Below are positions 31,357-40,757 of a DNA stretch of 64,000 bases, in pieces (within the stretch, counting starts at the first letter, position 1; each line of letters opens with the position of its first letter). The translations under genes and the position numbers were made by a program. Under the pieces are notes generated by a model that did no database searches, was not told the DNA's origin, and was given only the letters and a program-made list of their open reading frames with translations. This stretch comes from Dehalococcoidia bacterium. GTDB lineage: Bacteria; Chloroflexota; Dehalococcoidia; UBA2979. Location of the stretch: positions 92,494 through 156,493 of the forward strand of contig JAWLHV010000005.1 of the NCBI GenBank assembly GCA_041690175.1, read 5' to 3'.

Positions 31357-32115
31357 TCACTCTGCCGCCTCCGCCGCTCGCCCTGGGATGGCAGGCGCCT
31401 CGCGGCAGGCCGCGACGAACGCCTCGAAGAGCGCCACCGAGCCCGGGCGCAGCGCCGTGTCCTCCGTCATTTCGGGGCGCTCCGGGTGCCACTGCACCCC
31501 CAGCGCCCAGCGGTGCCCCGGCACCTCGATGGCCTCCACCACGCCGTCCGGCGCCATGCCCGTGGCCAGCACGTCCGACCCCAGCCCGCCCGGCACCACC
31601 GCCTGGTGGTGTCGCGAGTTCACCTGCAGGTACTCCGCCCCCGTGGCCGCGGCCAGCAGCGACCGAGGTCGCACCGCCACCTCGTGCCAGCCGGAGGCGA
31701 TGCTCACCCCGTCCTCGCCGCGACGCGCGCGATGCGGCTCGCGCTGCTCCAGGTGCTGCACCAGGTCGCCGCCCAGCACCACGTTGAGCAACTGGAACCC
31801 GCGACAGATGGCGAACAGCGGCAGGTTGGCGTCCAGCGCATGGCGGGTCAGCGCGCCCTCCACGCGGTCGCGCTCCGGGTCCACCTCGGCCACGCGCTCG
31901 CTGCGCGCCTGCCCGTAGAGCGCCGGGTCGATGTCCACGCCGGCGGTCACCACCAGCCCCTGCGCCGGCGGCAACGCCTCGATGGAGCGGAACGACGAGC
32001 AGTCGAACGCCACCGCCTCCGCGCCGGCCGCCTCCACGCAGCGGGCGTAGTCGTCCCAGTCCTCGCCCAGCACGACCTCGTGTCGGGTTATCAATACTCG
32101 TGGTCGGTCCGTCAT
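31357..32115 (-). CDS. class-I glutamine amidotransferase-like gamma-glutamyl hydrolase (peptidase C26/PuuD-like)
   Basis: Catalytic Cys in AICRGFQLLNV, plus a His in QWHPE. Confidence 0.75.
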   Translation of the reverse strand: MTDRPRVLITRHEVVLGEDWDDYARCVEAAGAEAVAFDCSSFRSIEALPPAQGLVVTAGVDIDPALYGQARSERVAEVDPERDRVEGALTRHALDANLPLFAICRGFQLLNVVLGGDLVQHLEQREPHRARRGEDGVSIASGWHEVAVRPRSLLAAATGAEYLQVNSRHHQAVVPGGLGSDVLATGMAPDGVVEAIEVPGHRWALGVQWHPERPEMTEDTALRPGSVALFEAFVAACREAPAIPGRAAEAAE

Positions 32116-32249
32116 GAGGACGCGATGGTACCGCGAGCGCGGGACTCTACAGTGGCGACGGACCCGCCCGGCCGCCGCCCCTCGATGGCGCGGAGGGCGC
32201 AGCGGGCCGTGCCGAGGAGAAGGCGGAGCAGCAGGCGGAGGAGGCGGAC

Positions 32250-32495
32250 ATGTTCGGACGCAAGCGCAAGAAGATGGGCTGGCAGGACCTGGACGAGCGC
32301 CAGAAGCGCGGCCTGGGCCTGGCGGCGATGGTGCAGGTGGCGCTGCTCCTCTTCGCCCTCTACGACTGGTTCCGCCGCCCCGGCTCCGAGATGCGCGGCC
32401 CGAAGTTCGTGTGGCTGCCGCTGCTCTTCGTGAACTTCATCGGCCCGCTGGGCTACCTGAAGTTTGGGCGCCTCCGCGAGGCTCGGGTCGGGTAG
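32250..32495 (+). CDS. small membrane protein with PLDc_N (cardiolipin-synthase N-terminal-like) domain
   Basis: 81 aa with two TM helices. The motif reads KFVWLPLLFVNFIGPLGYLKFG. Confidence 0.55.
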   Translation: MFGRKRKKMGWQDLDERQKRGLGLAAMVQVALLLFALYDWFRRPGSEMRGPKFVWLPLLFVNFIGPLGYLKFGRLREARVG

Positions 32496-32548
32496 GGGCG
32501 GAAGACCCCCGAGCACGCGCGGCACAAGGCCCTGGCTGACGAAGAGTC

Positions 32549-32572
32549 GCCCTGCATCCTTCGGGGCAGGGC
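32549..32572 (+). terminator. candidate hairpin downstream of PLDc_N gene
   Basis: GCCCTGC...GCAGGGC inverted repeat. There is no U-tract. Confidence 0.25.
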
Positions 32573-32787
32573 GGTGGCCGCGCGCCTGTATGATGCCACT
32601 CTGACCCACCGTACTAATCTGCGTGCCCTGTACCGGTGAGGCGAGAGGTTTTCGATGGCCACGGAGCAGCGCGGGCATGAGCTCTTTATCGTCGACAACA
32701 GCGTGTCAGGCTGGAGCGGACTCCGGTATCTTCAAGAGTGGACGGCTATCGCGCGGTCATTCGACATCGCTGCTATCCTTCGCGGCC

Positions 32788-33375
32788 ATGTGGAGGCGAG
32801 TCTTCCTCGTTGGCGGCATTCTCTTCGTCGCGTTCATCCTCGGAATCGCTGGGGAGATGCAGCCGAACGAGGCTGCGTTCCGTGTGGCCGCGCTGGGCAA
32901 TGCCGTTCCGTTCACGGTGGGGATCGCCGTGGCCATCCTCCTTTATTGGGAGGAGCGGAGGCACGAGCATCGCACCGCGAACCGCGAGCGGCGCGAGGAG
33001 ATCCAGCGCATCGCCCGGGCGGGGATCGCGGAGGTCCACCGAATCCTAGACATGGCCGCCAAGATCGAGGATGCGCTAGACGGCAACCCTCCCATTGGGC
33101 CTATCGCAGGACTGGTCGGATTTTGGGCATCGGCGCTCGGGCCGCGGCTGTACGCGCTAACGGCAGACGACGACTGCCTGCATGAGGTGCGCCAAGCACA
33201 CAGCGCTCTGGCTGAGGCCGTAGACGCGTACCAACAGTGGAAGGACCTCACCGCCGCTCAGGACGACAGCCTCGCCCACCGCGCTCGGACTGCTGCAAGG
33301 AGCGCGAAGATCTGGGGAGCGCGCGCGGAAGAGAGCCTCAAGGCTCTCGGGCGCGAGACAGTAAGTACCCGGTAA
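32788..33375 (+). CDS. hypothetical two-TM membrane protein with helical cytoplasmic domain (locally lower GC)
   Basis: ATG at 32788. TM helices VFLVGGILFVAFILGIAG and AVPFTVGIAVAILLYW. Third-position GC and overall GC are clearly lower than in neighbouring genes (TTA/TAT/ATT/CTA codons are used). The ORF ends ~55 nt from the tRNA-Pro 3' end. Confidence 0.5.
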   Translation: MWRRVFLVGGILFVAFILGIAGEMQPNEAAFRVAALGNAVPFTVGIAVAILLYWEERRHEHRTANRERREEIQRIARAGIAEVHRILDMAAKIEDALDGNPPIGPIAGLVGFWASALGPRLYALTADDDCLHEVRQAHSALAEAVDAYQQWKDLTAAQDDSLAHRARTAARSAKIWGARAEESLKALGRETVSTR

Positions 33376-33429
33376 GTACCCGAGTCCCGGGCCGGACGAC
33401 ACGAAATCCTGCAACGGCGCGGGAAAGAG

Positions 33430-33506
33430 TGGTCGGGGTGCCCAGATTTGAACTGGGGACCTCTTCGTCCCGAACGAAGCGCTCTGCCAAGCTGAGCTAC
33501 ACCCCG
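33430..33506 (-). tRNA. tRNA-Pro (anticodon CGG)
   Basis: Reverse complement reads CGGGGTGTAGCTCAGCTTGGCAGAGCGCTTCGTTCGGGACGAAGAGGTCCCCAGTTCAAATCTGGGCACCCCGACCA. It folds as a cloverleaf with acceptor CGGGGTG/CACCCCG, anticodon loop UUCGGGA, T-arm GGTCC..GTTCAAATC, and an encoded CCA. Confidence 0.9.
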
Positions 33507-33756
33507 AGGCGCCGGCGCGGGCCCGCTCGCATCGAGCGGGGGCCGGGCCACGAATCGTAGCACCGGCCCCTCGGAGGATCGAGGGCGCTCGATGCGTCGA
33601 GGGGCCTCGGACTCGCGGCATCGCAGAATCGCGGCAGATTGGCCGGGGGGCGTGTCCTTCGCCTACCATCGCTCGTGGCGGGCGGGGAGAGAGTTCACGA
33701 GCATCGTGCCCGGACCACGCTGGCCCGCATCCACTCGGCGCGTCCTCCATTGGCCC

Positions 33757-35286
33757 GTGCCCGTCCGGCTGGACTGGCGCGCGCGTCGCCCTCGCCTGGC
33801 CGCCGTGGCGCTGCTGGCGCTGGCGCTGTCCGCCTTCGCCTACGGCGGGCCTGCCTCCTCGCAGGGCGTGGACCTGGGAGACGAGAACTCCTGGATCCGC
33901 ATCCAGAACGTCGGCAACGAGCCCGCCGCCGTGGAGATCGACTTCTTCGACAACACCGGCGCGCTGGTCGCCCGTGACTCCTGCCCTCGCGCCCTGGTCT
34001 GCGACGCCCTACCCGCCGGCTTCGGCCGCTCCTTCTTCCAGCAGACGCTCACCGAACTCGGCACCACCTATCGAGGGTCGGCGTACATCACCTCGGACCA
34101 GCCGTTCACGGCGCTGCTGGCGCGCGACGTGCTGCGCACGGACGGAACGTTCCAGATCGCCGGCGACGCGCTGCGCCTGGGGTCGGGCGCCTCGCGGTTC
34201 GTGCTGCCGTGGGTGACGAACGGCGTGGGGTACACCTCGCGGATCGTGGTGCAGAACACCAGCGAGGATCGCGCGACGTGCGTGCAGGTGGTCTACCACG
34301 CGCAGGGGAGCGCCTCGCCCTCGATGGTGGACCCGCTGGCGCCGTCCGCGCTCTGCCCCAGCGGCGGGTACTACCTGGGGCCGCGCGCGTCCTGGGTGCG
34401 GGACGAGCACTCGCTGCCGGTCCCCTTCGGCTTCGAGGGCGGCGCGATCGTGCTGGCCCAGCGCACCGCCAGCGGCTTCTCCGCGGAGTCCGCGCAACTG
34501 CAGGTCACCGTGGACACGCGCGACCGCCAGGACGCGGGCCTGGCCTCCTATCGCGCGATCGCTGAGACGGAGGCCAGCCGCGTGGTGCTGCTGCCGCTGG
34601 TGGACCGCAATTCCAGCGAGGGCCAGAGCACGTTCTCCACGCGCTTCCGCATCATGAACGCCCAGCCCGGCGTCCCCAACGAGGTGACGCTGCTCTTCCG
34701 CGGCACCACCCCGGAGGGCGAGGAGTTCGAGGCGGAGCACACGCTGACGGTCTTCGGCGCGCGCACCTGCGACCAGCAGTCGGGCGGCCTCGCGGGGTGT
34801 CTGCCGGACGGCGTGAGCCTGCCGGACCGCTTCTCCGGGACGGTGCGGATGCAGTCCGTGGACCCGGTGGCGGTGGTGGCGCAGCGGGTGTCGTCGGATG
34901 GTTCGCTGGCGGACTACCGTGGCTTCACGGCAGAGGAGGCTTCCACGCAGGTGGTGCTCCCCGTCCTGAACAAGAACTACGGCCCCTTCGGCGGCGCGAG
35001 CGGCTGGAACTCCTGGTTCCGCGTGCTGACCTTCGATGGCTCCGTGGCCAACGTGTACGTCGTCTACTACTCAAAGGCGTTCCCCAACGGGCTGTTCCCG
35101 CCTTCGCCTACCTCGGTGGACGGGCAGCAGACCTTCCGGCAGTGGCAGAACCGGCAGTTGCCGGACGGCTGGGTGGGGAGCGGCGTGATCGTGGCGGACC
35201 GCCCCGTGGTGGTAGTGGCGAACCTGGAGAGCGATGTCTTCGAGGGTGATCCCGTGATGCTCTACAACGGTGTCTCGCTGGAATAG
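33757..35286 (+). CDS. secreted protein with 3-4 internally repeated beta-sandwich-like modules
   Basis: GTG start gives the signal peptide RLAAVALLALALSAFAYG. Recurring blocks IQNVGNEPAAVEIDFFDNTG, VVQNTSEDRATCVQVVYHAQG, FRIMNAQPGVPNEVTLLFRGTT and FRVLTFDGSVANVYVVYYSKA recur at ~120-aa spacing. Confidence 0.55.
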   Translation: MPVRLDWRARRPRLAAVALLALALSAFAYGGPASSQGVDLGDENSWIRIQNVGNEPAAVEIDFFDNTGALVARDSCPRALVCDALPAGFGRSFFQQTLTELGTTYRGSAYITSDQPFTALLARDVLRTDGTFQIAGDALRLGSGASRFVLPWVTNGVGYTSRIVVQNTSEDRATCVQVVYHAQGSASPSMVDPLAPSALCPSGGYYLGPRASWVRDEHSLPVPFGFEGGAIVLAQRTASGFSAESAQLQVTVDTRDRQDAGLASYRAIAETEASRVVLLPLVDRNSSEGQSTFSTRFRIMNAQPGVPNEVTLLFRGTTPEGEEFEAEHTLTVFGARTCDQQSGGLAGCLPDGVSLPDRFSGTVRMQSVDPVAVVAQRVSSDGSLADYRGFTAEEASTQVVLPVLNKNYGPFGGASGWNSWFRVLTFDGSVANVYVVYYSKAFPNGLFPPSPTSVDGQQTFRQWQNRQLPDGWVGSGVIVADRPVVVVANLESDVFEGDPVMLYNGVSLE

Positions 35287-35869
35287 CGGCGGGCGCCGCC
35301 CGTCGCGATCTGCCTCGCGTGCCGCGGACGCGCAGGACCATACCCGGCCCGGGCCGGTGCGGTCGTCCTTCCGCTCGTCTGGCTCCATCGCACCGCTGAC
35401 GCTGGAGCAGGTGCTGCAGCGCTACACCGGCGGCCCGCAGACGGGCGTGTTCACGGACGGCTCGTGCTCCGGCAACCCCGGGCCCGGTGGCTGGGGCGTG
35501 GTGTACGTCATGGAGGGCCGCATCCTGGCGCAGGAGTACGGCAGCGATCCCGCCACCACCAACAACCGCATGGAGTTCACGGCGATGATCCACGGCCTGC
35601 AGATGCTGGGCCCGGACGAGCCGATGGACATCTACACGGACTCGCAGTTGGTGGTGAACACCATCACCCAGTGGGCCGCCGGCTGGGAGCGCAATGGCTG
35701 GCGTCGACGCGACGGCGAGGTCAAGAACCTCGACCTCGTGCAGGAGGCGTACCAGTTGGCGAAGGAACGCCCGCGCGCCCGCATCCGCTGGATCAAGGCC
35801 CACGACGGCTCCCTCTGGAACGAGTACGCGGACGCCCTGAGCACCGCCTACGCCCGCGCGGAGTTGTAG
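35270..35869 (+). CDS. rnhA: ribonuclease HI
   Basis: Has the RNase H fold signatures FTDGSCSGNPGPGGWG, TNNRMEF and YTDSQ. It carries an N-terminal ~45-aa extension, or the start is later. Confidence 0.8.
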   Translation: MSRWNSGGRRPSRSASRAADAQDHTRPGPVRSSFRSSGSIAPLTLEQVLQRYTGGPQTGVFTDGSCSGNPGPGGWGVVYVMEGRILAQEYGSDPATTNNRMEFTAMIHGLQMLGPDEPMDIYTDSQLVVNTITQWAAGWERNGWRRRDGEVKNLDLVQEAYQLAKERPRARIRWIKAHDGSLWNEYADALSTAYARAEL

Positions 35870-36027
35870 GGTTGTAGGGTTGTAGCGAGTCGTAGCGCCG
35901 CTCCAGGCCCGCCCTCGTAGTCCCGAGTCGCAGTCCCCGCCCTCCGCGGGCACGCGTGTCCGCTTCTGTCCGAGTCGGCGCCCGCCCCTGCTGGCGAACA
36001 CGCCTCGCCCGCGTATACTTCCGCGTC

Positions 36028-36387
36028 ATGGGCACACCGTTGTATGCGATGCAGGTGATGTGGAACCTGGGGACGAACGGGCGCGACTCGAAGACCACCT
36101 TCGAGGAACTGCGCGAGTACCTCCACGACCGCTCGATCCCGAAGTTCGAGGGCATGGCCGGCATGCGTCAGAAGGCGTGGATCTCCAACCCGGAGACGGG
36201 CCGCTGGGGCGCCCTCTACCTGTTCGATTCGCCGGAGGCCCGGCAGGCTGCCCGTGACGGCATCCGTCAGAGCCCCGTGGTGCAGTTGTCCGGCATGCTC
36301 CCCGCCGTCGAGGAGTTCGACGTGGAGGCCGTCGCCGAGGGCGTGCATGCCGGCACCGACCTGAACGCGGCCGGGCTGGCTCGCTAG
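36028..36387 (+). CDS. YdhR-like putative monooxygenase (dimeric alpha+beta barrel)
   Basis: WISNPETGRWGALYLFDSPEARQA resembles the YdhR family motif. ~119 aa from ATG 36028. Confidence 0.5.
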   Translation: MGTPLYAMQVMWNLGTNGRDSKTTFEELREYLHDRSIPKFEGMAGMRQKAWISNPETGRWGALYLFDSPEARQAARDGIRQSPVVQLSGMLPAVEEFDVEAVAEGVHAGTDLNAAGLAR

Positions 36388-36463
36388 CCGGCTCTGCCCG
36401 GCGTCCCTCCCACCAGTCCGCTCCCCGCTTCGCCCACGTCCTGCCTACGCCTCAAGGCCCCTC

Positions 36464-37378
36464 ATGCGTCCGATCCACCTCCTGGTCCTGGCCGCGCTGT
36501 CCGTGATCTGGGGCGCGTCCTTCATGCTCATCAAGGTGATGTTGGAGGAGATGTCTCCGCTCGCCATCGTCTGGGTGCGGCTCGCCGGCGGCGGCATCCT
36601 CATAGCCGGGGTGCTGGCCGTGTTGCGTCGAGGCATCCCCCGCTCGCGCGTCTACTGGCGTGATGTGGCGGTGGTCGCGGTGGTCGCCACCGCCCTGCCG
36701 ATGCTCCTGATCCCCTGGGGGCAGCGCGAGATCCCCTCGAACCTGGGGGCGGTGCTGAACGGCGCCACCCCGTTCTGGGCCGCGATCCTGTCCACGATGT
36801 TCCTGCCCGCGGAGCGGCTCACGCGCAACAAGGCGATAGGCGTAACGCTGGGCTTCGCGGGGCTGGCGATCATCATCGGCCCGGACGCGCTGGACCTGCG
36901 CTCGGGGAGCACCCAGGGCCAACTCGCGATCGTGCTGGCGGCGCTGTGCTACGGCGGGGGCGCGGTGTTCACTCGCAGGCGACTGCTGGGCGTGGACCCC
37001 TCGATGCTGGCGGGCGCGCAGAACATGCTCGCGCTGGCCATGCTCACGCCGCTGGTCCTCGCTACCGGGAGCCTGCCGGACCCCGGCGCGCTCGAAGGCC
37101 GCACGATCGCCGCCGCGCTGGCGCTGGCGCTGCTCGCGCAGGGCGTGGGCATCCTGATGTACTTCTGGCTGCTGTCCAAGGTAGAGGCCACCCAGGCCGC
37201 CTTCGTGACCTACCTGGCGCCCATCGCCGCGCAGTTCTGGGGCTGGCTCGTGCTGGGCGAGGTCCCGGCCATGGCGCTGGTGCCGGGCCTGGCGCTGATC
37301 ATCACCGGCATCGTGATCGTGAACCGGCGCCCTCGGACGGCCGTGCAGGTGATGGAGCCCGCGGAAGCGGCCTCTTAA
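36464..37378 (+). CDS. EamA/DMT-superfamily transporter
   Basis: 10-TM duplicated EamA architecture. The N-terminus reads LVLAALSVIWGASFMLIK. Confidence 0.8.
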   Translation: MRPIHLLVLAALSVIWGASFMLIKVMLEEMSPLAIVWVRLAGGGILIAGVLAVLRRGIPRSRVYWRDVAVVAVVATALPMLLIPWGQREIPSNLGAVLNGATPFWAAILSTMFLPAERLTRNKAIGVTLGFAGLAIIIGPDALDLRSGSTQGQLAIVLAALCYGGGAVFTRRRLLGVDPSMLAGAQNMLALAMLTPLVLATGSLPDPGALEGRTIAAALALALLAQGVGILMYFWLLSKVEATQAAFVTYLAPIAAQFWGWLVLGEVPAMALVPGLALIITGIVIVNRRPRTAVQVMEPAEAAS

Positions 37379-37484
37379 CGCGCTCATCACGTTTGCACGC
37401 TTGCCGCCTCGCCGGGCGGCGGTGATCCTGTAGGTACCGCCGATCACCCATCCCACTCCACCCCACGAACCCACGGAGGCGCCT

Positions 37485-38591
37485 GTGGCCATCCACGGCA
37501 TGCACATCACGCGGCGGCTGGCCGCCATCGTCCTGGTCGGCGGCGCGGCGCTGGTGCTTGCCGCGTGCGGCGGCGGCGACGACTCCGGCAACGAGGGCGC
37601 TCCCGAGTCCAGCTGGGACGCCGCAGCCGTCCAGCAGTCCATCTCCGGTACGCCCTTTCAGCCGGTGATCACCAACTCCCCCAACGGCGTGGGCGTCGGC
37701 ACCTCCCGCATCTCCGTGGCCCTCTTCGCGGAGGACGGCACGCTGGTCTCCAACGCGAACATCACCGCGCGGTTCTACAGGCTGGCCCCCGTGCCGGACG
37801 ACGAGCCCGAGGTGGCTGAACTCGTCACGGAGGTGGGGCTTACCTCGCGCACGCTGGACATCGACGCGGAGCACCAGCACGCCGCCCCGCAGGGCGCGCG
37901 CATGACGCCCAATGGCGTCCCCGACGGCACCTCCACGCGCCCGGTGGCGAACACCGCCCCCCGCGACGATGAGGTGCGAGCGCCCGCGCACGAAGATGCC
38001 CTGACCACCGTCTACACCGCGAACGTGGAGTTCGACCGCGCCGGATGGTGGGGCGTGGCGCTGGACGTGATGGTCGATGGCGAGCCCTACCGCGGGCTGC
38101 AGATGCGCCGCTACGTCCTGGAGGACACGCCCATGCCCGGCGTGGGCGACCCGGCCATCCCCACGGAGCACCGCACCCTCTCCGAGGCCGGCGGCGATGT
38201 CTCGCTCGTCAGCACTGCCGCCCAGCCCATCGAGGAGATGCTGGACCTCACGGTCGCGGAGGCGCTGGAGAACGGCCGGCCCTCGGTGATCGCCTTCGTG
38301 ACGCCGGCCTTCTGCCAGACGCGCTTCTGCGGCCCCGTGTTGGAGGCCGTGGTGGCCCCCGTCTGGCACGACTTCGGCGACCGCGTGAACTTCGTCCACG
38401 TCGAGCCGTACGAGATCGAGACCGCCCGCTCGCAGGGCGTCCTGCAGCCCGTCCCCGCCGTCCTGGAGTGGAAGTTGGAGACGGAGCCCTTCATCTACGT
38501 GGTGGACGCGGACGGCATCGTCACCGCAGCCATCGAGGGCATCACGGACGAGGCCGAACTGCGCGCCGCCGTGGAGGCCGTGGCCGGCTAG
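37485..38591 (+). CDS. lipoprotein with C-terminal thioredoxin-like (CxxxC) domain
   Basis: LAAC lipobox. The C-terminus reads PSVIAFVTPAFCQTRFCGPV. Confidence 0.45.
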   Translation: MAIHGMHITRRLAAIVLVGGAALVLAACGGGDDSGNEGAPESSWDAAAVQQSISGTPFQPVITNSPNGVGVGTSRISVALFAEDGTLVSNANITARFYRLAPVPDDEPEVAELVTEVGLTSRTLDIDAEHQHAAPQGARMTPNGVPDGTSTRPVANTAPRDDEVRAPAHEDALTTVYTANVEFDRAGWWGVALDVMVDGEPYRGLQMRRYVLEDTPMPGVGDPAIPTEHRTLSEAGGDVSLVSTAAQPIEEMLDLTVAEALENGRPSVIAFVTPAFCQTRFCGPVLEAVVAPVWHDFGDRVNFVHVEPYEIETARSQGVLQPVPAVLEWKLETEPFIYVVDADGIVTAAIEGITDEAELRAAVEAVAG

Positions 38592-38640
38592 CGTCGCCGG
38601 CCCGCCTCCACGGCTGGCGTCCCTGCGTCGAGGAGGGCGA

Positions 38641-38955
38641 TCAGGAGATCGCCGCGGGGATGAACGTCGAGACCGGCACCTCGAAGCGCCGCACGTCCAC
38701 GATCTGCTCCTCGTGCCGTTCGGCTGCGCTGCTGCGGATCTCGTCGGCGGCCTGCTCGCTCGCCCGCAAGGCGCCCTCGCTCTCCCAGAAGGTGATGCTC
38801 ATCGCTTCGCCGGTGGCGTTGTCGGCGAACGTGATGAGGCCGGCGAAGCCCTCGATCTCCCGGCAGGCAGGCAGCACTACGTTGCGGACGTCCTTCGTCG
38901 TGGCCTCCATCCGCTCCGGTGACACTCCCTGGTACCGACTCACTCGTGCCCACAT
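38641..38955 (-). CDS. ABM/Dabb-like small alpha+beta barrel protein
   Basis: Start at internal ATG 38955 (MWARVSRYQG). 104 aa. Confidence 0.45.
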   Translation of the reverse strand: MWARVSRYQGVSPERMEATTKDVRNVVLPACREIEGFAGLITFADNATGEAMSITFWESEGALRASEQAADEIRSSAAERHEEQIVDVRRFEVPVSTFIPAAIS

Positions 38956-39041
38956 GGCTCGTTCCTCCAATCGTCGCTCTTGGACAGTAGTGTCCGAGGG
39001 CGGTACGCGGGCCACATGGGCAGAGTTGCCCATTCCGCCGG

Positions 39042-40640
39042 CTAGCCGGGAGGCGGGGCGATGAGGTCGTGCTGGAGTGCGAACATCACCGCACCAGCGC
39101 GAGTGGAGAGTCCGATCTTCTCGTAGATGTGCTGCACGTGATGCTCCGCCGTTCGAGTCGAGATCACGAGACGCTCCGCGATGTCGCGGTTGGAGCATCC
39201 CTCCCCCATCAGCCGGAGCACCTCGATCTCGCGGTCCGTCAGGCCCGCCGGCCGCTCGCGTGGCGGCGCGCGCCGAGGTAGTCCCGCGGCGTCGAGGATG
39301 GCAGCCACGGCATCCGGGTCCAGCGCGCCACGCTTCGCTTCCTCCGTGATGAAGGCAGCCGCCTGCTCGGCGGTGAGGGCGGGCCGGTGTGGCCGGCGCT
39401 GGGTCTTCGCCTGGTACGCGTCGGCAGCGGCCAGCAGGCGGGCGGCGGCCGGGATCTCTCGCGCCCGCGTACCGCGGTGGTAGCCCGATCCGTCCAGCCG
39501 CTCATGGTGCAGGCCGGCGATCGCGGCAGCCTCCGCCAACACGGGGCTGCGGGCCAGCGCTCGCTCGGTGTAGTACGGGTGCAGCCGCATCCGCTCCCAG
39601 TCCCCCGCGCGCAGGGGGCCGGTCCGCTCCCACGCCCCGGAGGGCACGCCCACCCGCCCGACGTCGTGCAGGAGCGCCGCGAGGCGCGCGGTCCGGCTCA
39701 CATCCTCGGGCAGCCCGAAGGGCCCCGCGGCGCCGGCGACCAGGCGCTCCACCCCCGGGGAGTGGCCCAGCGTGTACGCCGACTTCAGGTCCGCCATGTC
39801 GGCGAAGGCGCGGGCCAGGTCCTCCAGCCCCGCCGGGCTAATCCAGCGCCACGGTCGCGCCTCCGTCACGAGCGCCGCATCGATGACGCTGGCTGCATCC
39901 ACTTCGCCCAGGATGTCGGCGCCGCATTCCACGAAGGTCGCCGCCACCCCCGGATCCAGCCAGCCGCCGGCGCTGTGGCGGACGCTCTGGACCGCCGCGT
40001 CCGCGCCACCCTCCGCGTTGAAGGCGACCGCCCGCGTAGCCACGTGGGTGATCCGGGCGGCGAGCGGGATCTCCTCGCCGGACACCCCGCCCGGCCCCTT
40101 GCCGTCCCAGCGCTCGAACGCGTGGGAGAGCGCCCGTGTGACCCCTTCGGTCATGCCGAGACGGGTGGCGATGAGCGCCGCCACCTCGCAGACGGCGCGC
40201 TGCACGTCCGGGCCCCAGCGGAAACCGGAGACGGCGCCCAGTACCGCGCGCCCTCGTTGGAGGAGGCCGTGCCCCGATCCCAGCGTGCGAAGGGTGGTGA
40301 TCATCTCGGCCGGGCGGCCAAAGTCGGTGCGGCTGATCAGCGGCCGTGCCAGCAACTCGTCGCCCCCCATGTGGGAGGCCTCCTCGTGGGCAGTGGCGGT
40401 ACACCCCACATGCTGGAGCAGCGCGGCGTAGTACGTGTCCGCGACCAGGTCTTCCGCCATGCCCATGTGCCGCGCCAGGGCGGTAGCCACCAGGCATGAG
40501 CGGGCGCCGTGCTCGTCCGGCTGTCCCATGCCGAGGTCGGTCACGAGGGACAGTGGGACAAGGACCTCGGCGAGGCGCACGCGGTCAGCAGGCGCCGCCT
40601 CAGCGGGTGGGCGAGACATCGCTGCCACCTCCGTCAGCAT
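39042..40640 (-). CDS. LuxR-family transcriptional regulator with tandem HD/HD-GYP-like domains
   Basis: C-terminal LuxR HTH (LTDREIEVLRLMGEGCSNRDIAERLVISTRTAEHHVQHIYEKIG). The middle domain reads LLHDVG...HHERLDGSGYHRG, an HD-GYP-like signature with GYP replaced by GYH. The N-terminal domain looks like a degenerate HD (LLQHVG). Confidence 0.7.
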   Translation of the reverse strand: MLTEVAAMSRPPAEAAPADRVRLAEVLVPLSLVTDLGMGQPDEHGARSCLVATALARHMGMAEDLVADTYYAALLQHVGCTATAHEEASHMGGDELLARPLISRTDFGRPAEMITTLRTLGSGHGLLQRGRAVLGAVSGFRWGPDVQRAVCEVAALIATRLGMTEGVTRALSHAFERWDGKGPGGVSGEEIPLAARITHVATRAVAFNAEGGADAAVQSVRHSAGGWLDPGVAATFVECGADILGEVDAASVIDAALVTEARPWRWISPAGLEDLARAFADMADLKSAYTLGHSPGVERLVAGAAGPFGLPEDVSRTARLAALLHDVGRVGVPSGAWERTGPLRAGDWERMRLHPYYTERALARSPVLAEAAAIAGLHHERLDGSGYHRGTRAREIPAAARLLAAADAYQAKTQRRPHRPALTAEQAAAFITEEAKRGALDPDAVAAILDAAGLPRRAPPRERPAGLTDREIEVLRLMGEGCSNRDIAERLVISTRTAEHHVQHIYEKIGLSTRAGAVMFALQHDLIAPPPG

Positions 40641-40757
40641 CGTCTGCGGGCATCGTACGCAGGAGGTGAAGCGAGATGGGCAGTCCTGCCCATGCCGCGG
40701 CGCTCGGCGCGCCTCAGTCTCCCCATCAGAACCCTCGTGATGGATTGGAGGACGAAG

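Noticed and set aside
32600-33506. Prophage or integrative element at tRNA-Pro
   Set aside because: There is no integrase, excisionase or recognisable att repeat. Only a single compositionally atypical gene is present.
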